Assembly (NCBI GenBank): GCA_013416795.1 | Contig: RQSC01000028.1 | Span: forward strand, 1,139,450-1,158,598 | Source of the DNA: Prasinococcaceae sp. CCMP 1430 | Taxonomy: Eukaryota > Plantae > Prasinodermophyta | Direction: 5' to 3' | DNA length: 19,149 bases | Shown here: piece by piece, positions 1 to 6,812 of the stretch | Layout: each line of letters begins with the position of its first letter | Numbering within the stretch: the first letter of the stretch is position 1 | Notes under the pieces: model-generated | Databases searched by the model: none | Told to the model about the DNA's origin: nothing | What the model saw: only the letters and a program-made list of their open reading frames with translations | Program-made: the position numbers and the translations under genes

Positions 1-279
1 GGGGGGGAGGGGGGTCAGCCTACCAGGACGGTGGGAGCGCGAGCGAGCGCGTGCCGTGTCCGCCCCTCGTGGCCCCCCAATGAGGGCGGGCGAGGCGGCA
101 CTGCAGTGAGAGCACGCGACGCGGCGAGCGTGTGTGTGTTGAGAAAAGAAGGCGCGCTGCGGGCTGCGGGCGGTCGCCGCGCACGGCCGCGCGCGCAGCG
201 CGCGCACCTCGGCGCCGGCCAGCAGCGCGAGCAGCGCGAGTGCGAGGGATGCCAGAGTCCAGAGCGTCGCGCGCATCAT
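1..279 (-). CDS. First exon (279-208) of a probable secreted/membrane protein; the gene continues left of the window
   Basis: ATG at 279 gives MMRATLWTLASLALALLALLAGAE, a typical signal peptide. It is followed by a GAG|GTGCGC donor (GT at 207-206). A CTGAC branch-like motif (19-15) and a C-rich tract at the window edge suggest the acceptor lies just outside. Confidence 0.55.
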   Translation of the reverse strand, partial: MMRATLWTLASLALALLALLAGAEVRALRARPCAATARSPQRAFFSQHTHARRVACSHCSAASPALIGGPRGADTARARSRSHRPGRLTPLPP

Positions 280-657
280 GGCGCCGTGACGAAGGGCGGG
301 GGTCGGGGTGGCGTGCGCCGCGCGCCCAGTGCCAACGGCTGGCACGGCAGCGGAGGAAAAAAAGACGCGCGCCGCCGTGCGCCGCGGCGGGGCGGGCGCA
401 TGGGAAAACGCTTGGTTGGCAGAGACGAGCCGTGTGAAATCACGATAGAATTTTACAGCATTGCACCGCTTTTTCATATATACGTTTTCATTCGTCCATG
501 TCAATTTCAGGGTGTCACTGCGCAGATTGCGCAGGTTGGGCGCGGCGGCCTGTTTTGGCCTCATCACAGCGCGCGCTCTCGGCGCCCGCCCGGTGAAGGA
601 AGGGGGGGAGGGGAAGCGGGAGAGGGCTTCCTGAGGGGTGCGAGCGGCGCCGTGGAG

Positions 658-1473
658 ATGGCGCGGCGCGCGAGGAGGCCCGCGAGGATACGTGCGGTCC
701 GGCCGCTCGCGCTCGCGCTCGCGCTTGGCGTCGCGCTCGCGGCTGGCCCCGCGGCTGCCGAGCTCGTGTGCCCTGAGGACGAGCACCCGCTCACCGGGGG
801 CCTGCTGGGGCGCTGCCAGGACGTGTGCGACGCCAGCGACGCGAGCTCATGCGACGGCGGCCTGTGCTGCCGCGTTGGATGCGGCTACAAGTGCGTGGAG
901 GGCGTGGCGGCATCGACGTCGGAGCCTGAGCCCCAGGCCGAGCCGGAGGCGGAGGCCGAGGCTGAGGCTGAGGAGGCAGAGCTCGTGTGCCCCGAGGACA
1001 CGCACGACGGCGACCTGGTGGGGCGCTGCCCGGACCTGTGCGACGCCAGCGACGCGAGCTCGTGCGAGGGCGGCCTGTGCTGCCACGTTTGGTGCGGCTA
1101 CAAGTGCGTGGAAGGCGTGGCGGCATCGACGCCGGCGCCGGCGCCTGAGCTTCTGCTCGAGGGAGGCGAGAGCGGCCTCGCGACCGAGGGCGCTTTGGAC
1201 GATGGCGCGGCCGGCGGTGAAGTTGAGAGCGGCGACGTGGAGGGCAGCGCTAATGGCAGCAGAGATATGAAGCCGTCGCAGCCGTCACAAGTGCTCGGCG
1301 TGGCGCTCGTAGCTGTTGGTGCTGTTGGCATCGGGGGAGTCCTTGTGGCTAGGAGGTCGGGCCTGCTCCATCGCGCCAGCCTGTTCGACCGCGCCTTCCT
1401 CAAGACCCCCGAGCGAGGGACACACAAATTCGAGGTGATTGAGGACGACACTCACACTCTTGATGCGCTCTGA
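658..1473 (+). CDS. Type I membrane protein with two WAP (four-disulfide core)-like domains
   Basis: ATG 658, then a signal peptide (PLALALALGVALAAGPAAA). Two 8-Cys repeats (CP-x-C-xxx-C-x7-C-x4-CC-xxx-C-xxx-C) are joined by an E/A/P linker. A TM helix (VLGVALVAVGAVGIGGVLVA) is followed by RR and a short cytoplasmic tail. TGA at 1471-1473. Confidence 0.8.
   Translation: MARRARRPARIRAVRPLALALALGVALAAGPAAAELVCPEDEHPLTGGLLGRCQDVCDASDASSCDGGLCCRVGCGYKCVEGVAASTSEPEPQAEPEAEAEAEAEEAELVCPEDTHDGDLVGRCPDLCDASDASSCEGGLCCHVWCGYKCVEGVAASTPAPAPELLLEGGESGLATEGALDDGAAGGEVESGDVEGSANGSRDMKPSQPSQVLGVALVAVGAVGIGGVLVARRSGLLHRASLFDRAFLKTPERGTHKFEVIEDDTHTLDAL
760..1131 (+). repeat. Intragenic tandem duplication (about 760-918 and about 979-1131) encoding the two WAP-like domains
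   Basis: Both copies start gagctcgtgtgcc and share tgtgcgacgccagcgacgcgagctc, ggcggcctgtgctgcc, tgcggctacaagtgcgtgga and ggcgtggcggcatcgacg. Confidence 0.9.
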
Positions 1474-1521
1474 TAGTGACGCACGCACTCCCTCTTAGAA
1501 ATAGCTAGACAACAACGCACG

Positions 1522-3136
1522 CTATCTGCTTTTACTGTGAGACCGCCCCCTCTTGCCTCGAGCGTTAGTTCTTGCACCCGCCGGTCCGCCGCCGCGGCCA
1601 CCGCGACCGCGGCCACCCCCGCTGCGCCCGCCACCGCGCCCGCCACCTTGAGCGCCTTCGCGTCCGCCGCCGCGGCCGCGCGCCTTCCTGCCACCGGCGC
1701 GCCCACCGCCAGGGAGATCACCGCCTCGGGCGGCGCCCTCGCGGCGCTGCTTGCGACTTCCCCTCGCATTGATTGGATGCCCGCGTCCGCCACCGGGCAA
1801 CACGTGCGCGCGCTTGAATACGATGCTGATGCGCGGCTCAGAATGTTCCTGCGAGCCTCCAGCGCTCTCCGCTCTGCTCACCGAGTGCTGCCAGGCGTCT
1901 TGACAGTCACGTCTCATCCAAACGAGGTCGCCGTGAGACACCGAGAAGGTGTGCTGGTTGCCCTCGCCTCCGCGGGCCGAGCTCTTGCCGTCACCAGGCA
2001 TTGGTCTGAAGTTGAACTTGCGCGTTTGTCCCACGCATACTACGACAGTGGTGGTCTCCCACTGTGCGCGCGTGGGGATGCCGGATGGGTCAGCGCCACT
2101 CCATGCGCCTGAATCATGCACGGCTGCGCGCACACGCGCCAGAGCGTGCGCACCTTGTCCCGGGGCGGGCACTCGCCATGGTCGGGGTCAAAGTGCCAAG
2201 CGCAAGCGCAGTCCCCGTCCTCATACCAGTTGATCAGCGCACAGTCAAATCGATGGCCGGACACGGCCTCGACGGCGTCGCGCACGCTTGCAACCGCCGG
2301 CGTGAACGGCACAGGCCGCATCATCTTGCCGCTGTACGCAAGCCCGCCCACGCCCTCGTCCGCCATCCAGCACGTTGCGCGCCGCTCGGTCACCGCATCT
2401 CCCGTTCGTGTTATTAAGAGCTCGTGGCTGAAGGGGATCTCGCGGGACAACAGAGCGGTGTCGAGCTCGTCGAGATGCGACAGGTGACCCACGCTCACAT
2501 CGAAGGGGAAGCGCTCCGCTGCGGAAGCGACTGCGGGGCCGACGCGCACGCCGAGGCGACCGCATGCCCACGCGACGCCGGTGGCAGCAGAACCCGACAG
2601 GCACGTCGCAAACGGCTCAATGCGCGCGGCGAGCGCGGCGGCAGCCGCGGCAACGCCCGATGGCAGAGCGCCGCTGTCCATCGCGGGCTGCAGCGAGGCG
2701 ATCGTCGCGAGGGCGCGGAGGGCGTCCGCGCACATCGCCGCATCCGCTTCCGTGTCGGGCTGCGCCACGCTCGGCGCTGCGGCGCACGCACACAGCGCTT
2801 CGAACTCGCTCGATCGCACGGCCGCGCCACGCTCGACCGCGCCGTCGCTACCCTCTGCGGCGAGCAGTCGCGCGAGTCGAGCGAGCGCGCGCGCGGCAGT
2901 CGCCTGCCGCTTCGCCTGATGCACGTGCTGCAGCAGGTGCTGCTTGGCTTCTCGCCCGGGCAGCGGCAGCAAGTCGGCCGCAGCGAGCACAGCTGCGGCG
3001 TCGGCGGCTTCCTGCACCGCCTGAGCCGCGCTGTGTCCTGTCTCGAGACGATCGAGTCAAGGCGAGCCCCAAGTCACCCTTCGGGGCGCCACCCGAGCAG
3101 CCGCCAGCCTGCACCACACGCACGCGCGGCTGCCAT
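1522..3136 (-). CDS. AlkB-family (ALKBH2/3-like) 2OG-Fe(II) dioxygenase with helical N-terminal region and RGG-rich C-terminal tail
   Basis: Exons 3136-3124 (tentative), 3037-2154 and 2061-1522. Motifs: YSG, DCALINWYEDG, HFD (HxD), WQHSV (distal His), RISIVFK. Intron 2153-2062 (AAG|GTGCGC..CTGAC..CACAG|TGG, phase 0) joins ORF 2040..3017 to ORF 1522..2172. The start is uncertain: an in-frame TGA at 3059-3057 requires an upstream intron, modelled as 3123-3038. Confidence 0.85.
2062..2153 (-). other. Spliceosomal intron (92 nt) in the AlkB gene
   Basis: GTGCGC donor, CTGAC branch, CACAG acceptor. Splicing restores a continuous 2OG-Fe(II) domain. Confidence 0.85.
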
Positions 3137-3696
3137 CGCCCCCCCCCCGCAGGGACGGCACGCCCGCGGGATCCCCTCCCAGCCCGACCGCGCGCGCAGG
3201 GAGGTGTGGCGCGGCCTTCCTCGCCGCGCGGCCCAGGCCACCACGACGCCACGAGCGACGCCGGCAGGTGCCCCCGCACCACCCACGCCCACACCACCCC
3301 CTCGCGTGCTCACCCCTCGTCCGCAAACCCGCGAGATCACGTCGATGCGTTCTGATGTATTTAACAAACCCTCTCAACTTAAAACCCTTAAATTTCGACC
3401 CAACCCGAAGGCCTCTCGCGCCATCGCAGCGCGCGTCGCGGGCGGCGTTCGCGTTCGCCCCCATGTTCTTAACCCTACCTATTTAACCCAAAAGGATGGA
3501 CCGTAACCCCGAACGACTCCCTCGTCCGTTTGGTGCGCGTGCTCGCCCGGGCCGTCGCACGTGCGCCCTTTTTTGTTTTTGACCGTATGTCGCGTGAAAT
3601 TAGGATATTTCCGTCGAATGCGGACGCAGCGAGGTTTGGATTGGGTCACATCCTCGGGGGTCGGTGATTCCTCGGGGAAGAAACAAAAATCGAATT

Positions 3697-3746
3697 TTGG
3701 TTGTGGTTGTGGTTTTTGGTTTGGTTTTGGTTTGGTTTGTTTGTTA
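3697..3746 (+). repeat. Degenerate (GGTTT/GGTTGT)n simple repeat in the divergent intergenic region
   Basis: ttggttgtggttgtggtttttggtttggttttggtttggtttgtttgtta. Confidence 0.7.
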
Positions 3747-3948
3747 GGGGGGCGCGCGGGCGGCGCGCGCGCGCGCGGGCCGCACGCCCGATGCGGCGAC
3801 CCGAACCGCAGGTCAAAACGCACGCGATTTCCGTTTCCCCACGGTCAAATCCAGACGGCGGAAGGCAACGGAAAGGACCGTGGGGGCGCCACAGCGCGCA
3901 CGCCGCAGACGCCCCTCCCCCCCCCGGCCGGCCCGGCAAGCAGCAGCC

Positions 3949-4993
3949 ATGAGCGACGAGGCGGGTGCGTCGCGCGGCGCGGCGGGGGCGCGCGATCGCT
4001 CGCTCGCCCTCGCGCGTCCCTCTCGGCCGCGCTCGCGCGCGCGGCGGACGGGGGGAGGGTGTGAGGGAAAATGCGCGGAGCGGGCGCGCGGGGCGGGGCG
4101 CTTTGCTTTTTTTTTTCCTCGCCCGCCCGCAGGCTCGTTTTTGGGCTGGTCGCGCGCGCTCGAGCGTGCGTGCTGGGGGGGGATGGGGGGCCCGGGCACA
4201 GAGAGACGCGCGGATCGCCGTCGTGCAACTCGGGTGGCGCTCGTGCGAAGATTTCGTGCGCGCCCTTTGCCAGCGGCTCGCGCGCGCTCGGCTGCCGGGG
4301 GGACGGGGAGCGCGCGCGCGCGCGCGCGCGCGCGCGAGGGGCCGCGTGCGAAGCTGAAAAAAAAAAATGAGACTTCGTGGGCCTGGGCTGCGTGTGTGTG
4401 CGCGCGGGCCAGCGCGCCAGCGCCCCGTGGGTGGGCATGCGTGACCCATGGCCTATCTACCCACATCTTTCTCCCCTCATGCGCGCGCGTGTGCATCCCG
4501 CGTGCGTGTGCGTGTCCGCAGCTCGCGGGGCGGCGCCGGCCAATGCAAGCGACGCTCTCGCTCTCACACACGCGTTTTGCGCGTCGTCAACCCCCTACTG
4601 ACGCGACGCACGCCGCGCGCCCTCAACGCTCGCCGCTCACTGCTCATGGTGCGCAGAAGTCCCACCGCCGCAGGAAGAGGCTGCGCCCACTGAGGAGGCC
4701 GCGCCCGCAGAGGAGGCCGCGCCTGCCGAGGAGCCTGCCGCCGAGGAGGCCGCCCCCGCCGAAGAGCCCGCTGCCGAGGAGGCCGCGCCCGCCGAAGAGC
4801 CCGCCGCCGAGGAGGCCGCGCCCGCTGCTGAGGAGCCCGCTGCTGAGGATCCCGCCGCCGAGGAGGCCGCGCCCGCGGCTGAGGAGGCCGCTGCCGAGGA
4901 GGCCGCGCCGACCGAGGAGGCTGCCCCCGCTGAGGAGGAGGCCGCGCCCGCCGCGGAGGAGCCTGCTGCCGAAGCAGCGGCTGAGCCCGCCGC

Positions 4994-5024
<31 letters not shown>

Positions 5025-5219
5025 CCCGCACCTGCCCCTGCCGCGCCCGCACCCGAGGCACCCGCTCCCAAGCCCGTTCCCAAGCCCGTGCCCGTGCGCC
5101 AGTACCTCGACACCACCGTGGTGCCCGTGCTGCGCCAGGGCCTGCGTGCGCTGGTCAAGACCAGGCCGGAGGACCCCTTCGAGTTCCTCGCCGACTTCCT
5201 GCGGTCCAACAAGCCGTGA
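3949..5219 (+). CDS. DPY30: Dpy-30 motif protein with a long acidic Glu/Ala/Pro repeat N-terminus
   Basis: Exon 1 is 3949-3964 (ATG AGC GAC GAG GCG G|GTGCGT). Exon 2 is 4657-5219 (GCGCAG|AA, phase 1). Product: MSDEAEVPPPQEEAAPTEEAAPAEE...PVPVRQYLDTTVVPVLRQGLRALVKTRPEDPFEFLADFLRSNKP*, matching the Dpy-30 motif. This frame is absent from the ORF track. Orthology to the COMPASS subunit rather than another Dpy-30-motif protein is not certain. Confidence 0.85.
3965..4656 (+). other. Spliceosomal intron (692 nt) in the Dpy-30 gene
   Basis: GTGCGT donor, TACTGAC branch at about 4596-4602, GCGCAG acceptor; phases are compatible. Confidence 0.7.
4311..4336. repeat. (CG)13 perfect dinucleotide run
   Basis: Read directly from the sequence, inside the Dpy-30 intron. 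Confidence 0.9.
4674..5030 (+). repeat. Coding minisatellite-like repeat (gaggaggccgcgcccgcc / gaggagcccgccgcc) encoding EEAAPA/EEPAA units
   Basis: Imperfect 15-21 nt units in tandem, all frame-preserving. Confidence 0.85.
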
Positions 5220-5498
5220 GTGAGCACGCCGCGCGACGCTCGACTCAATACTCAGTAAAATACACGCACTCCCATCCCCGCGTGTCTCTGCCGCCCTGGC
5301 CGGCACGCGCTGAGGCGCAGGAGCCGGGCGCTGGCGAGCAGGCGCGCGGGCATGCCGGGTCCGCGAGGAGACGCGAGCATCCTGGGTTGTGTACAAATGA
5401 ATTTAAAAGTAGTCTACGAAGCACAGGGCCCGGACGGGCTGCCGCGAGCAGCGCTACGAGCGGCACAGGCGCGATATGCCCGCCAGCCACAACAATGC

Positions 5499-6038
5499 TC
5501 ACTCCTCCATTGCGTCGGCGACCTTGGCCTTGCGACGCGAGACGCGCACCTTCTCGCGCTTGGGCGCCTCGGCCTCCTTGATGGCGACGTCGGCGTCGGC
5601 ATCCGCGGCCTTCTTGCGCAGCGCCTCGGGCGCCTGCACGAGCGAGATGTTCTGCTCGATCTCGCGGCGCGCGTCGGCCGTCTCCTTGGCCGCGCGGCCG
5701 GCCATGCGGTTCTCGTAGAAGCGCTTCTCGCGCTTGGCGCGGACCTCCAGGATGCGCTTCATGGCCTTGACCGTCTTCTGCGTGACCTCGCGGTTGTAGC
5801 GCACCGGGCGGTTGCGCTTGCGCTCCAGCTCGAACGTGGTGTCCACCGTGAGCTCCTTGCCATGTGTGCGACGGTACGCCTTGGTCCACTTGAGCTTGCG
5901 CGGGTTACGCTTCATCTTGAAGTTGTTGTGGCACTTGGAGCGGCAGAAGCGGAAGATCTTCGAGTCGTTGCGCACATAGGTTATGCCGTGGCCCGGGTAA
6001 CACGGGCTCGAGCAGAACCAGCAGGGCTCGATGCGCAT
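5499..6038 (-). CDS. RLP24: Ribosome biogenesis protein RLP24 (RSL24D1, eL24 family)
   Basis: [18 protein letters not shown]...[58 protein letters not shown]. Four Cys are retained and the C-terminal motifs are RLP24-specific. Intronless, 179 aa. Confidence 0.96.
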   Translation of the reverse strand: MRIEPCWFCSSPCYPGHGITYVRNDSKIFRFCRSKCHNNFKMKRNPRKLKWTKAYRRTHGKELTVDTTFELERKRNRPVRYNREVTQKTVKAMKRILEVRAKREKRFYENRMAGRAAKETADARREIEQNISLVQAPEALRKKAADADADVAIKEAEAPKREKVRVSRRKAKVADAMEE

Positions 6039-6812
6039 GGCTGCCCACGAAACTGCTGCGTGCGGGCCCTACCCCTGCTCCGCACCCCTTCCCCGCACAC
6101 CCACACCTCCCACGTCCCACCCGCCCCCGCCCCCAGCAGCGGCAGCGCCCCTGCTCACACGCGCCCCCTGGGCGGACTCCACCGCGCGCCGCCTGGCGCC
6201 AAGGAGCGCTCTCGCCGGCACCGCCCCTGACCTCCGCCCCGTCTCTCGCTGCCCGCGTGCGACCGCGCCGCAACATTGACTAGATGCACAAGGATCCAAC
6301 CTGCTGCGGCCGCGGCGGCTGCGGCAGCCGCCGTGCGGATGAAGCGGAGCGCTCGGCCTCGGCGCCGAAATTCATCCCCGCGAAACGGCCCGGCGCGAGC
6401 TGAACCCGCCTGCGCAATCGCCCGCAACCGCGCATTCGCGCGCCGAAAGCGAGGTCCGTCCAGCCGCCGCCTCGCAAAACGGCGCCGCGGCCGGCACACT
6501 CGCGAGTCTCCTGCAAGTGCTGGCTGGCTGGGCTGGCCGAAACCCGTATTTTGATCCGCAGATCCAAAACCACCTGCGCCGTGGCGGCACCCGTCGCGCG
6601 AACACATCGGATCAAACCCGGGCCGCGCCGCGCCCCCGCGCCCGCGCCCGCGGCGGGACCTCCGGCCTCCCCTCCCGCCCGGCGCCGCCGAGGGCGTCTG
6701 CGAGCCCGCGGCGGGGCGTCACCGGAGGCGGAGGACCGGAAGGGCGAGGGGAGAGGGTAGGAATTGGGGGGGGGGGGAGTAGGGGTAGGGAGGCGCGCGC
6801 GACACGGGAACC
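6039..6812. promoter_or_regulatory. Divergent promoter/5'UTR region shared by RLP24 and NUP98-96
   Basis: The two ATGs (6038 on -, 6813 on +) are head-to-head. Positional inference only. Confidence 0.45.

Noticed and set aside
31-657. N-terminal extension of ORF 31..1473
   Set aside because: Non-ATG start. It overlaps the divergent gene's first exon and promoter, and the signal peptide follows ATG 658.
2170-2178. Possible non-canonical GC donor (G|GCGAGT) in the AlkB gene
   Set aside because: Its phase does not fit the CACAG|TGG acceptor, while the canonical AAG|GTGCGC donor at 2153 does.
3578-3849. 9-bp inverted repeat tttgaccgt / acggtcaaa as MITE termini
   Set aside because: Too short, with no clear target-site duplication and no second copy in the window.
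4674-5030. Repeat array considered as CRISPR or a mobile element
   Set aside because: No unique spacers; imperfect codon-phased units within a eukaryotic exon.
3880-5396. Long ORFs 3880..5223 (+, Arg/Pro-rich), 4637..5248 (-) and 4644..5396 (-)
   Set aside because: Alternative-frame or antisense shadows of the Dpy-30 repeat exon.
5499-6038. Cytosolic ribosomal protein RPL24
   Set aside because: Retained Cys residues and the NPRK..WTKA.R...GKE and RN.PV.YNRE motifs identify the paralog RLP24.
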